Positions 1-11,073 of a DNA stretch of 64,000 nucleotides are shown here, one piece after another; positions within the stretch are counted from its first letter, which is position 1; every line of letters begins with the position of its first letter. This DNA is from Cyanidioschyzon merolae (Eukaryota). The DNA lies in assembly GCA_000091205.1 (NCBI GenBank), contig AP006500.2; one strand, written 5' to 3'. Made by a program: the position numbers and the translations under genes. The notes beneath the pieces are model-generated. The model saw nothing but the letters and a program-made list of their open reading frames with translations. It was not told the DNA's origin and searched no databases.

Positions 1-44
1 TAGCGCGCTGTCGATAGCCGGGGCTGCTCGGGAGGTCTAGACGT

Positions 45-1361
45 GTGGCGAATAGCACAGTGCATTCGTGCGCCATGTCCAATAATGACGATCTTGCATC
101 AGCTGCCGTTGGCCAAGACGACCACTCGAATCTTGTGGAGCGGCTCTGGCAGCACCTTGACGGTGCAGCGGCTGAAGACTTGACGCTGGCATCGCAGCGC
201 GCGCTCACCGGGGAGGACGGGAGCCGTATCGGCAGGGTCGCTTCGGAGATTCTGGGAAAAAGTTCGTTGCCACCGGAGTACATGCAACGAACGCTCGCAA
301 ATTTTGTTGACACAATCTATCTATCCCAACGACGCAAGCGACCTAGGCGCATCAGAGTCGTACGGCCCAAGATAGCACGCTCTTCTGGCGCAAACGAAAC
401 GCCAGCGCCCGCTATGGCCCGAGCGAGCGCCGGCACCAGCTGGCGCATACGTCGACCACAGAACCCCGAGACAGTTGGCGTACCAGCGATGCTCGAGAGC
501 GATGTTGATCTTGACGGAAAGGGCTCCGCGCCTCTGAATGCTGACCGCTCTGTTGCCAACGCGCGACAATCCCGAAACTACCGCTTGCAAGTCCTCCGAA
601 GACGACGTCAGTCCGAGAGCGGAAGTATGAGGAAGAACAGGCAACCTGCACCAACTCGGGCCCAGAATCCGAACAACCACGACAACTGTGCATCCAAGCG
701 CATTGATCCAGAGGAATCTGCAAAGACGCGTTGGACCCCAAAATACGCCGTATCAAACTTAGCTGCTTGTCTGCGCACGCTGCACTCTATCTTGAGTGAG
801 AGCGACTCCAGCCAGAGTCCTCTTCCGGACTTGTCTCCGCCGGACGCTGCACTAAGTTTTGAGAGCTCGACAGATTCCAGCATAGTGTCTGGTACTTTGC
901 AGAGTGCTGTGGAAATCGAGTCTGTGACTCTAATGGACACCGATCGCTGGGATGGGTATACGGCCCGTGCCATGATGCCGCATCGCGATCCGATTGGAGA
1001 ATTCGAATGCAGCCGCGACGCGAAGGATTCATCGAGCTGTCGTCGATCGCAGCACTCATCATCGCCATTGCCGGTTCTATCTGCGCAGGTTTCACCGGTA
1101 ACCGTAGATTCAACGGACTGGAGCAGTTCACAGTCGAAGAGGCAGCTGTCGCGGTGCAATTTAGCGATCGCGCTCGACGCGGTATGCGAATCCAAGGCGA
1201 GAAGCGAATGTTTCACGCATGCAGGCAGACGGAAAGCACCACAATCAGCAAAGAATCGGAGCGGAGCAGAGAACTGCATCGCTTCAGGGCAAGTGTTGAC
1301 TGCTCGCTCTCGTCTGCAGGCCCGACTGAAGAACAGGCGGACCTCCAAGGCATCGTACTGA
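45..1361 (+). CDS. Hypothetical Ser/Arg-rich low-complexity protein. May be 5'-truncated by the window edge; the track start is GTG.
   Basis: Long ORF with low-complexity composition and no recognisable domain. It overlaps the antisense ORF 608..1576, so only one of the two can be real. Confidence 0.25.
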   Translation: MANSTVHSCAMSNNDDLASAAVGQDDHSNLVERLWQHLDGAAAEDLTLASQRALTGEDGSRIGRVASEILGKSSLPPEYMQRTLANFVDTIYLSQRRKRPRRIRVVRPKIARSSGANETPAPAMARASAGTSWRIRRPQNPETVGVPAMLESDVDLDGKGSAPLNADRSVANARQSRNYRLQVLRRRRQSESGSMRKNRQPAPTRAQNPNNHDNCASKRIDPEESAKTRWTPKYAVSNLAACLRTLHSILSESDSSQSPLPDLSPPDAALSFESSTDSSIVSGTLQSAVEIESVTLMDTDRWDGYTARAMMPHRDPIGEFECSRDAKDSSSCRRSQHSSSPLPVLSAQVSPVTVDSTDWSSSQSKRQLSRCNLAIALDAVCESKARSECFTHAGRRKAPQSAKNRSGAENCIASGQVLTARSRLQARLKNRRTSKASY

Positions 1362-2251
1362 TGCATCGTATTATGGATCTGCTGAGTGCGTTGCAGTTGC
1401 TCGCGGCATCCTGTTGCGTTTTCGGGGTCAGGATCAGGGACGCTCCTCCCCGCGACGCAAGGACCGTGCATGATGCTGCGCTTGGTCGCGGCTACTCGTG
1501 ATGATGCTGTGTTTCTCACGGCAGGTGCCGTATTTCGCGGGGACTCTCGCCAATGGTACAAATAGGCGACGGCCACGGCCGTGAATGCTAGCTTTTTACA
1601 GTGCTAAATCAACGCATCTAACCAGACTCGCCAGGATGCGCGAAGGCCACCATTGACCAGGGCAGAGACCGCGTCTCGCCCTCATCGGATGCGATCGTTC
1701 TCAGGTCGCGAGAGTTTCAATACGAATCGAAACACACGTTCACTCTCCATGGGACTTCTGGTGTATTTCGTTTGCAGTGACGAAGCGACGAGCGCGTGTT
1801 CAGTGATGACTGCCGTTCAATTCGCGCATCAAATCTTTTGTTTCCATAACAAAAACACAAAACTATGCCACAACGGGTATCTGTATCGTAGGCGGTGCCA
1901 TTCCTTGACGGCGGGTTCTGACCGCGATGGGCGCTTGCATGTGCAGACCCCCGTCGCCAGGAGATCGTCGACGAGTTTGGATATCTTGCCACCACGCACC
2001 CGACGGCCTCTGCCAGCAGCGTTCCACGGGTACGCGACTGCGCCGCCGTGCAGAGGTTTACACGGTTCAGCGCGGCGTTCGCATTGCCCCCGCCAGTCCC
2101 GCACCGAAACTTGAACTTTTGGCGCTCATTGCTGCAGCCCCCGTGCCAAAACAGGTCGCTTGCGACCTTATACAACAAGTCCTCGGTCGAGTCCAGGGAT
2201 AACCCAGTCCAAACTGCCCTGCTCGGTTCACCGACTGCGTGCGCACAGGCC

Positions 2252-2737
2252 TTAGTTCCCGGTCGCGGCAGTGGCTGCCTGTGTAGCCGACTGACTAACT
2301 TGTTGCGCCTGCTTCTTCTGATAATCAGATACCGCTGCTCTGATAGCGTCTTCGGCCAGCATCGAGCAGTGAAGCTTCACCGGTGGCAGTTTCAGTTCCG
2401 ACGCGATCTGGCGGTTCGTTACCTTGACGGCATCTTCCAGTCGTTTTCCCTTGATAAGCTCCGTCGCGTAAGACGAACTTGCTATCGCGCTCCCACAGCC
2501 GAAAGTCTTGAAAACGGACTCTACAATGGTACCCGTTGTCGGGTCCACACGGATGGCAAGTTTCATGACGTCTCCGCAAGCGGGTGCACCAACGAGGCCG
2601 ACACCAACGTCCGGTGCGTTGCGGTCCAGACTCCCTACATTCTTCGGTTTCTCAAAGTGTTCTATAACCTTTTGGTCATACGAACGCGTAAGTCGCGGAC
2701 GAGCAAAACGTACTTGTTGAGCCAAACGCCAGAACAT
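2252..2737 (-). CDS. ISCU: Iron-sulfur cluster assembly scaffold protein IscU/Isu1 with an N-terminal presequence
   Basis: ATG at 2737. Translation contains YDQKVIEHFEKPKNVGSLD...GAPACGDVMKL...KTFGCGSAIASSS...LPPVKLHCSMLAED, which matches IscU signature motifs including the three conserved Cys and LPPVKLHCSML. The Arg-rich N-terminus is consistent with mitochondrial targeting. Confidence 0.85.
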   Translation of the reverse strand: MFWRLAQQVRFARPRLTRSYDQKVIEHFEKPKNVGSLDRNAPDVGVGLVGAPACGDVMKLAIRVDPTTGTIVESVFKTFGCGSAIASSSYATELIKGKRLEDAVKVTNRQIASELKLPPVKLHCSMLAEDAIRAAVSDYQKKQAQQVSQSATQAATAATGN

Positions 2738-3083
2738 GTCGTTGGTAACGCTTCACGTCCTCGTTATCGATTCCTCCAACACGGAGTCCAACTGGGTACC
2801 GTCTGTGATCTGCAGACGAGAGGTGCGCGTGTCACGGAAGCGCGTGGACGTCGCGTGCCTGACGCATGTCTGCAATGGTGTGCGTATTCTGTATATCATT
2901 GGATATAACGGACTCGAGTACCCACGGCCTGCTTGCGATCCTCGTACGTGAAGCATTCGCGCGCACGCGCTGGTCCGCTACAGCTGCTCCAGCACATGCT
3001 ATCCAACGTCCGGATACACTCGAGTTCGCAGACTTTCAGACTGCAGTGAAAACTTCGTAGACACGAAAGCGAATATTCAGGAA

Positions 3084-3650
3084 TTGTATTTCATGTTTGC
3101 ATATTACACACTAAACGGAAACGTATCCAAGGTGCACGCGAGAAGTCTGTGGTCGCGTGCACGCCGACGCCCTCGTCAGCCGTTTACGCGTTTGCAGGTC
3201 GGCGGGCACAGGCTCGAGTGCGCTGCACACGAGCCCCAGCAGGAAAGTATTGCTATCGTCCAGAGTACTTGGTCTCAAGCTGTGCAACAGCGCGAGCGTC
3301 TTGGACAAGTATTTTACGACCGCCTGTTCGCACTATATCCGGAACTACAGCCCATGTTCCGTTCGGATCCGGCACTTCAACGGATACGCCTCGTCGATAT
3401 GGTGGACGCTGGCGTTAAGCTACTGAATTCGCGGCGCGATTTGGAACAAGCGCTTCGTGATCTTGGGAAGCGCCACGTTAAGTACGGCACCCAGGAGGAG
3501 CAGTATCCCATCGTGGGCGAGAATTTGCTGCACGCCCTCGAGTCCATCCTCGGCAGCAAGCATTTTAGCGAAGATATGCGCAAAGCGTGGCTAGATGTCT
3601 ATGCATATTGGAGCTCGGTCATGTTGGAAGGTGCTCGCGAAGCTCAATGA
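3084..3650 (+). CDS. Single-domain globin (Vitreoscilla / flavohemoglobin-type globin domain). The exact start is uncertain.
   Basis: The C-terminal ~140 aa, IVQSTWSQ...FYDRLFALYPELQPMF...KRHVKYGT...YPIVGENLLHALESILG...AWLDVYAYWSSVML, aligns to bacterial-type SDgb/Vgb (YPIVGQELL, AWGKAYGVI). The only in-frame ATGs (3084, 3093) sit in an AT-rich patch ~50 codons upstream, so the real start may be non-canonical or spliced. Confidence 0.65.
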   Translation: MYFMFAYYTLNGNVSKVHARSLWSRARRRPRQPFTRLQVGGHRLECAAHEPQQESIAIVQSTWSQAVQQRERLGQVFYDRLFALYPELQPMFRSDPALQRIRLVDMVDAGVKLLNSRRDLEQALRDLGKRHVKYGTQEEQYPIVGENLLHALESILGSKHFSEDMRKAWLDVYAYWSSVMLEGAREAQ

Positions 3651-4084
3651 AATAAATGGGCATCAAAGCGCGAAAAGCGAACGAAAAGCTGGTGCCTGGT
3701 AGTACAGTGTGCGCCTGGTGACAGAGCTCCCGAGTCGACGCCTTCGACACCGTACGTTGCGCGATGCGCGCGAGAACGCCAGTGGCGTGGAGCTTGCGAG
3801 CGGTGCTACGTACACCGCTCCAATGAGGGATTTTGACGGTGAAAGCACGAACCTGTCGCTTCATGCGGCGGGTCGTACGCTGGCGGTATGCGGTCGCTGA
3901 AATGAGACTCACAGACAGCATGACGCCTCTCTGCAGGAAGTATCGCTTCCGAAAGCAACACCATGAAGTCTTGGATACGAAAAGAAGCATGTCGGCTTGC
4001 GCTCTAGTCGTAGTCCTTCTTCCTAATGAAGATCGCGCAGTGCTCATATACTTTTTCGTTTCAGTGTTTCTCAACTGTCTGAGA

Positions 4085-4275
4085 ACTGTCGTATAACTGA
4101 TTTGAATGAGGAATACAGTCCCCGGTGCACTATTCTGTAAAGCATATACCCTACAGGCAATTTGTCCATCATCCATACTGTACGTTGAATCATGGTTTCG
4201 ATCTCCTGCTATGCACCGCTGCGCAGGTGAAACAAAACAGAGTGGAACGACTCCAGGAACTAGAGTTTTCGGACA
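4085..4275. repeat. Copy 1 of a ~190-bp dispersed element that could be a structured ncRNA or SINE-like sequence
   Basis: Roughly 75% identical to 12765..12955 in the same orientation. The two copies differ by paired compensatory changes in inverted repeats: cctgc...gcagg vs ccagc...gctgg, and ctgta...tacag vs cagt...actg. Confidence 0.4.
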
Positions 4276-5609
4276 AATCGATACTTACTTCCCCAGCTGA
4301 CCATTGATCTAGGTTCCATGTCGCATGGAGGCACCTACGGAAACACCGAGGTCTGTCCTTGACTGGATGCAGCGCTTATGTTTCTGGAACACGCTCCTCG
4401 CTTGCCGCGTATCCACACCGTGCAGCGGTCTCCATGCATGCGTCCACATTAGAGGCCGTGCAGAGCGCGCGGATCATGGGCCCTGAGCCGCGCTCTGGGC
4501 TCCGCTGTGCGCGCACCCAACGCGCATCGCGCCTCGCGAAGCGCACCAACACCGATGAGCGCGCAGCGGCGCCGTCGCCCGCAGTCGCGTGCGGAAGTCA
4601 GCAACCGCTTTGACCAACATTGACTAGCTTCGTGGTGGCCGAGCGTGCGTCGTCGCAGACGGACGCCCCCAGCGTACGCATACAGCAAATGCACCCGACT
4701 ACGAACTCGCCTAGGACTGCGCCGTTGCACCTGGAACCGTTTGAGGGCACGACTCATGTTTGTGACAGGTTCAATTTGGTGTTGGCGCAAGCAGTGCACG
4801 CAGCTCAGTTGCGCCCGCGTCGCTCCTGAGAAGCCAACGACAGGGTTTGCACGGCGGGGAGCACGCCGCCGGCTCGGTTGCCAAGCGCTCGTCGCAAAGA
4901 GCGACCTGACGGGTTGGAAAGACTGGCTGAGTGGCGGTTGGCCCGGCGGCGAGGCAGGTTTTTTCAAGTGGCTTGACAGCGGTGGTGAGGATGATGTCCC
5001 CTACCTAGAGCCGGATAAGCAGCCCCGGGCCTCCAAGTCCGGAGCTCGTTCGTCGTCGAACAACGCAGCGGCTCGCAGTGACGCAGCTGCACCTCGTTCG
5101 AACTCGACGGCGGCCTCAACGCCACCACAGGGTGGTCGCGTCGTTACCAAGCTCGTGACAAACCCGATTACTGGCAGGATAACTTTGGAGTATGTCGTAG
5201 AAGACGACGAGAACAATACCAAGTGATGATAGAGTTGGTCAAGGCTGTACCTACCACGTCCAAGTGCGCTGGCGGAGTTGGGGACACGATTCAACAGGAA
5301 CACACCATGGAACTGCTTCGTGAATCAGCGAAAGATTGAGTCCGGTTCTGATGGACGTGGCTGGCAATGCCGCCATGCTTCAACAAGTTTCTCGGTGGTG
5401 TAAACGCGTCATGGCTACGTACTTGAACACGGAGACACCTGTCGGTCTAAAGCTCTAGTTTTATTCCAGTGCCGTTGCCAGGGCTCTCTTCGGGGGCAGC
5501 TGCGGCGCCCAGCGCTCCAGGCTATCGAGTCTGGTCATCAGGGGAATGGTAGATGCCTTCCTGCGATGCAAGAGTGCTCTGATGTCAACACCATTCCTCA
5601 TCGCATTTT

Positions 5610-5900
5610 TTTAATTTGACGAAACGTTTCCATAGGCCAGCGTTCTTCGATTGTGCGCTTTTTCTTTTCTTATTTTTTTGTTGTTTTTTTCAGTGCGCGG
5701 TGAAGTATCCATCAAACCCGCTGCCTCCAAGTTACATGACCTGTACTTCTTCTCGGATATTCTAGTCGTTCCATACGTCCTATTGTGTGCCTAGTGCCTG
5801 CCGAAAGCGACAGCAATGGCGCCTATAGCGCCGGTGCAGTCGCTGCACGGAGACAGAACGGCATTGCCGTAGCACAGAGGGCGTCGGCTCGAGGATTTCT
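5610..5900. repeat. Dispersed ~290-bp repeat (family 4), copy 1
   Basis: ggccagcgttcttcgattgtgcgctttttcttttcttatttttttg...ccaagttacatgacctgtacttcttctcggatattctagtcgttccatacgtcctattgtgtgcctagtgcctgcc ... acagagggcgtcggctcgagg is matched at 62880..63160. Confidence 0.5.
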
Positions 5901-7051
5901 CATCGCATGAAACGAGGTTTGCCATTCTTCACATACTGTTCCTATCCGAATGAACCCGCAACGTTTCCGCTGGCGTACACGGTGGTCGCTCTGCGTCAAT
6001 GGGTAGGCAGCGGATGCATCCAAGTCTGTGCTGTCGCGTCCGAGCCTTGACGTTTTCGCATAGGCCGCGCGATACGCTACTTCCAGGTTTCGTCTGAAAA
6101 CACCTTGGATCAAACCGGCTACGTCGCGCAAGACTGTATCTGCGCTTGGACACGAGCGTTGGGTTAGACGACACCGTTGGTGCCAGCTACAAGAAGTTTC
6201 GCCTTACGAGGCGGAAACCGAGGGCAACTCGTGCGGACACCGGTGCAACAGCGTCGCGGACGTAGCCCTGAGCAACTCTTCAGTGCAGGTCACTTAACCA
6301 CCAGGTGACGCATTTTCGCCAACGCATTCGCGATTAGCGACGTGAGCCGGCAATCGACGGGTGTCGGGACAGCAAGTGCTCGACGTGGTTCGAATGCGTC
6401 CACAGACGGGACACACCTGCAACGTACAGCTTTGAACCTCCGGTGCAGCGTACAGCGGAAGCAGAGGCGAACGCGGACGTATATGCCGTCACCGGTTAGG
6501 TCTACGGAGGTCAGGCTCCATTGGGACTCGCGTTCGTCGTCTTCAAGATCTGGTCCAGTCACGGTATATCCAAAACAACGCAAGTGAAACGAGACCTGCG
6601 TTCCGGATATGTAAGTCGCTCTACGGTTTAGGAGTGGAAAGATCAGGCTCTGCCGCCAAAGCTGGTTTCTGAGCGAAATCCCATGAACGCATGAACCGAA
6701 CTACCATCTCGAAACGAAAAGATCATGCTTTACGGACTCCATGGCTTTCCGAGCGAAACCCAATAGCTCCCCATCCACACCCCGAAACGATCAATGTTCG
6801 CAAAGCCCCGCTCCCCTGAATGAGCACCATGCGTGCAACCTCGTCCCAAAAGTAGGACGGAAATACCTAACGAATCTGGTCCAGCTTTTCTATCTTTCCT
6901 CCTCGTTCGCTGTGCCTAGAAAAATGGTGTACAAACACATCAGTGCTATTCAAGACCCTTTCCCGGTTCGCTCTCTGTCTTGATAACTAGTTGCTCTATT
7001 TTCTTGAGCCGAGCTTGCCAACCCCTCGTGCCGGCTTCGTCGCGACACCGC

Positions 7052-7735
7052 TTACCAGTAAGGTTTCTTTTGCTCAGCATAGACTTGCTTTTGCTGATCC
7101 TTGGCACATACCTCCACTTTTTCATACTTCACACAAACGTTTTCCTCCTTAACGCATTTCTTGCCATAGGATTCGCAGTTCTGCACGAAGGAGATGCATT
7201 TGCCCTCTGCGTGCTTTGCACATACTTTCTTGTACTTGGCACATACCTTGACGGTTTCGTATGCGCTACCGTAACGCTTGCATTTGTTGTAGTCCGTCTC
7301 TTCAGCGATGCAGATCTGCACTTTCTTACAGAACTGCTTCGCTTGTTGTTGTTGTTGCTGTGGCGAAGACCAACGCTGGGCCCAATACTTGTCCTGCTGC
7401 TGTTGCTCCTCGACATGTTGGCAGTCTTCCTTGTAGCCGTACTTGGAACACTTCTTTCCATACTCAACGCAAACCTGCACAGGCTTCTTTTCATACTGAT
7501 ATTCAACACACTTTTCCTCGTGCTTCACGCAAAGCAGCTCGTATTCTGCGCAGACGTTCACGGGCTTTAGGCAGACGGCCTCGTACTTGGTGCAGTTGTA
7601 ACCGTACTGGACGCACTGCGTTTCATAATAGCACTTCTGCTTCGCTTCATTGGAGAGTGCCCATTGCGGTGCAACGATGACGAACGCAATCGCCAATAGC
7701 AAAATAGAGAAACGCAAGTGTCCTGGTTTCATCAT
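7052..7735 (-). CDS. Secreted cysteine-module Gln/Lys/Tyr-rich protein, paralog A (family I do not recognise)
   Basis: ATG-ATG at 7735/7732 followed by the signal-peptide-like MMKPGHLRFSILLLAIAFVIVAPQWALS. An N-terminal Cys module (CYYETQCVQYGYNCTKYEAVC...) is followed by YKEDCQH, a W..RW motif, and a second 10-Cys module (CKKVQIC...KC..YG....C..Y..VC...GKC.....C..YG.KC.....VC.Y...VC). The protein ends in W. Confidence 0.7.
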   Translation of the reverse strand: MMKPGHLRFSILLLAIAFVIVAPQWALSNEAKQKCYYETQCVQYGYNCTKYEAVCLKPVNVCAEYELLCVKHEEKCVEYQYEKKPVQVCVEYGKKCSKYGYKEDCQHVEEQQQQDKYWAQRWSSPQQQQQQAKQFCKKVQICIAEETDYNKCKRYGSAYETVKVCAKYKKVCAKHAEGKCISFVQNCESYGKKCVKEENVCVKYEKVEVCAKDQQKQVYAEQKKPYW

Positions 7736-8148
7736 TGCAGCGTACGCTGATGCGGTGGTTTTCAAGCGCTTTCGTCTGAAAAACACCAATTTTTCCTCGA
7801 AATAAATGGTTACATCGGCCAGAGCTCGCAAAATCCCATGAACCGGACGCGCGTTCGATACGGGTGAGGTGAATCCCTGCATCTGCCGCATCTACCGCGA
7901 CCTGATGATGCGATTCCGCTAATCGGCGCAGATGAAGGAGCGGCCATACAAAGCCGTACCGGCGTATCAGCTTGCAGAGAAAACAATGCCCTCAATTCGT
8001 CAGCGTCGCATCTGCTGCGATGACAACGCGTACAGCGCCAGGAAGCTATTGCGGAATGCTCTACCAAGACCTGGTGCCTAGAACGCCGATGTACGACGAT
8101 GCCGCAGCCCCAGCGGGCATCCTTGTCCAGGAAACACGAGCGTCTTTC

Positions 8149-8170
8149 GTGCGTGCGTGCGTGCGTGCGC
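8149..8170. repeat. (GTGC)n microsatellite
   Basis: gtgcgtgcgtgcgtgcgtgcgc. Confidence 0.9.
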
Positions 8171-8249
8171 GGCTCTTTTGTTCTGGCATCATATTTGTGT
8201 ACATTCGTGTATGAGCGAAATGGAACGAGTCCCCGTAAATCGGGCGGAC

Positions 8250-9100
8250 GCACTAAAGTTTAGGTCCCTTCCAGCTGTTATGAACACCAGTTTTTGTGGA
8301 CTTTTTCTGCGACTGCTTCCTCTGCCTTTCTTTTACCCCGGCTTTACATGCGTCGGTCTCTCGTCTCCCTCCACCTGCTTTAACAGGTATCGAAGGTTGT
8401 CGATACCGTCGTCTATCAAGGACAGTCGCTTCTTTCGTTTGTTGACAACGCGTTTCATGGACAGGTGGAAGCTGCGATGCATGCTTCGCTTGCCGGTTTC
8501 ATATCCTTTTTACACAGGCCTGGTACGCAATTCGCAGCGGTGACACTCGGCCGTGGTCAGGTGTTTTCATGAGACCGCAGCATCTACGTTTCCGAGGGTC
8601 GCCCTGTGGCGCGCGAACACTCGCTTCATCCCAAGATGAAAGCACGTTACCGGCACATATCGCTCTCGCCGATGCTCTTCTCCGTTTCCGCACCTGGTGT
8701 CGTGCTCGACGATCATGTGCCTCTTCTGAGCGATCATCTCTACGAGTGCTCTTTCCGCCGTGCATACAAGCGCGTACTTCTCGATTCTATAGAGGAATTG
8801 CGGAACGCGATGTTGTCCGCGATGGAACACTTCCCGGAAAGGGAATCCCGGCTGGAGGCGATGTCGAGAATTCTCCAATCCTTTTCTACACACTCCGTAG
8901 AAAGCGAAAACGCTCTTTCCACTGGATCTGAACGGTGCGATGCCTAAAGTCCAAGACGATTTCCCATGCAAACAGAGGAGACGGGAGCCTCTGGGAGCAT
9001 TTATCATGAGACGCGTTATGCTGCCGTCAAACGCCTTTTCCGCCATCGTCACAATGAGAGGAGGATTTGTCTTTTGAACGGGATAGATCATCTCGCGCCA
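8250..9100 (-). pseudogene. Degenerate relic of a type-2 TnpB/Fanzor-like nuclease gene (copy Y)
   Basis: 8441-8505 is nucleotide-similar to 29945-30010. The minus-strand translation FHLSMKRVVNKRKKRLSLIDDGIDNLRYLL corresponds to the FRLCMKRVDNRCKWLIRDFNAAAEVVRLL tail of copy X, but the Cys residues and the RD/NAA residues are mutated. Confidence 0.35.
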
Positions 9101-10161
9101 CAAGTTCAGTGAACTTTCGGCATGAACGTGTACATAAGCCTTTAAGAGACGACGAGGATAATGTTTATCGTCAATCTGGTGAGACGATGCGCTGCACCCG
9201 CCGTTTGTGTTGGAACAGAATGATCGGTAGCCTAAAAAATGCGCGACTGGAGCATGGAAGCCGTAAGGAAATGAGAATGATAGAGCCTCATACGTGTATA
9301 TCGGGTAATCATATCGTTTATTTTACGAATACTTGTTCGATGGCGTCGCAAATTATCACGATTCCGGTGAGCTTACGAACTCCAGCGGCGGTCGGTCGAA
9401 AGGGCGGCTCCAAAAAGATGTCCAAATATCCTCGAAAGACGTGTCAATCCGTGACCCATTAATGCCGCACTTCGAATATCGAGGCTGCGCGCCTAAAACA
9501 GTTCGAAAGAATCGAAACAGAGGAAGAGAGCGAGCACCACAGTGCTCTATTCTGGTCTGACACCATCGCCTCGCCGTCTCGTGCGAGACACTGCGTTTCG
9601 CGGCATCGCCGGACGACTCGTGAACTGCTTCATTTTGTGCGTTGAAGGCGCCATTCGCGGAGCGATCCACCTCTAAAGTTGGATGCCCAACTCGAAGGCA
9701 TATGATGAAGAGCGTAACGCAGAAGACTGAGTTACAGCCCCTTCGGACTAGTCACCCAATCACGGGCATGGCGAGTGTCCTTCCTAGACAGGGTGTAGCG
9801 GCTTGTTTTCGTTGTACCACATCCATTTTATACTCGAAAGACAGATCCGCCGAGTCTTTCCACCGTTTCCTTTCTCTCTTAACGGCTATCGGCTCTGCTG
9901 TGCTGCGAGACCCCAACTTGCTCGCAGACTTTTGGCCCTTACCAAAGCACGTTCAATGCATGTCAGCTTCTACGAGCACACGCGGCATGCCCACACCTTA
10001 CGCATCCACCATACGAATGAACGCTGACCCATCAGGAACTTCCGTGGCGAATGCCCAGAACTCTACTGCACACGCGGTGTGCAACCTGTCCTTCGATCGT
10101 CGTGTTACGCTCCACCCGTCCCGCCATCTGTTCAGTCCGATAATAATGTTCGATAGGACCT

Positions 10162-11073
10162 TCAGCCCCACCATTGCATGTTGCCACCAGTGTAGTACTG
10201 CTGCTGCTGCTGCTGCTGCTGCCCTTTCTTAACTTGGGCGTACTGCTGCTTCTGTTGTTGTCCTTTCTGAAATTTGGCATACTGCTGCTTCTGTTGTTCT
10301 TGTTGCTGCTGCTGTTGCACGATCTGCGTAGCCTGTACCTGCTCTTGCTGAGCCTGTTGGCAAACCTGGACATTTTGATACTGCTGGCAAACCTGCTGGT
10401 ACCCTGTGCACTTCTGGCCGTACTGTGCGCATCCTTGCTCGTATTGCTCGCATTTGCCTTGTTGATACTGTGTGCACTTGTTCTCGTATTGCGCACACAC
10501 CTGTTCGGTTTGGTACTGCGTGGTATACTTCAGACACTTGTTCTTGTTCTGTTGGTACTTTGCGCACACCTGCTTGCAAACCGGCGTCTGCTGCCATCGG
10601 CGCATTGCGCCGTTCCATCCTTTCTTCTCCTGAACAGCCGCGGAAACCTGCTGCTTCTGAGGTGCTGGGGCAGGCGCAGGCTTCTGTGGTGCGACTTGTT
10701 GTTTTTGTTGCTGCTGCTGCTGCTGCTGCTGCTGAGCAACCGCCGATATTTGCTGCTGCTGCTGCTGCTGCTCGCAGCTAGAAGTGTATTCAACGCACTC
10801 CTGTGCATATTGTGCGCAGACCTGCACCGGCTTTTGCACAGTCTGGTACTGCACGCACTGCTGTTCCTGCTTCACGCACTCCTGCGCATACTGCTTGCAC
10901 TGCTGAATAGGCTGCAGGCATACCTTCTGATAACCAGTGCACTGGTTGCCATACTGAACACACTGCTGCTGCGTACTGCACTGTTGGTTCCAGGCAAACA
11001 CACCGGTTGTTACGGCACAGAAGGCCCAGACCAGAAGCACGACACGAGCAAAACTTGAATATCTAGACGACAT
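10162..11073 (-). CDS. Secreted cysteine-module Gln-rich protein, paralog B
   Basis: ATG at 11073 with signal peptide MSSRYSSFARVVLLVWAFCAVTTGVFA. An N-terminal Cys module (CSTQQQCVQYGNQCTGYQKVCLQPIQQCKQYAQECV...) is followed by polyQ runs and MRRW, then the second conserved 10-Cys module (CKQVCAKYQQNKNKC...GKCEQYEQGCAQYGQKCTGYQQVCQQYQNVQVC). The tail is Q-rich and ends in WWG. Confidence 0.7.
   Translation of the reverse strand: MSSRYSSFARVVLLVWAFCAVTTGVFAWNQQCSTQQQCVQYGNQCTGYQKVCLQPIQQCKQYAQECVKQEQQCVQYQTVQKPVQVCAQYAQECVEYTSSCEQQQQQQQISAVAQQQQQQQQQQKQQVAPQKPAPAPAPQKQQVSAAVQEKKGWNGAMRRWQQTPVCKQVCAKYQQNKNKCLKYTTQYQTEQVCAQYENKCTQYQQGKCEQYEQGCAQYGQKCTGYQQVCQQYQNVQVCQQAQQEQVQATQIVQQQQQQEQQKQQYAKFQKGQQQKQQYAQVKKGQQQQQQQQYYTGGNMQWWG

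Noticed and set aside
608-1576. ORF 608..1576(-), 322 aa, overlapping ORF 45..1361(+); plus miscellaneous ORFs without homology (16564..17154-, 49351..50043-, 53564..54208-, 58877..59629-, 21744..22346+).
   Set aside because: No recognisable motifs. Several overlap better-supported features, or they lie in repeat or relic DNA. They may be spurious in high-GC sequence. Only the plus-strand member at 45..1361 is retained, at low confidence.
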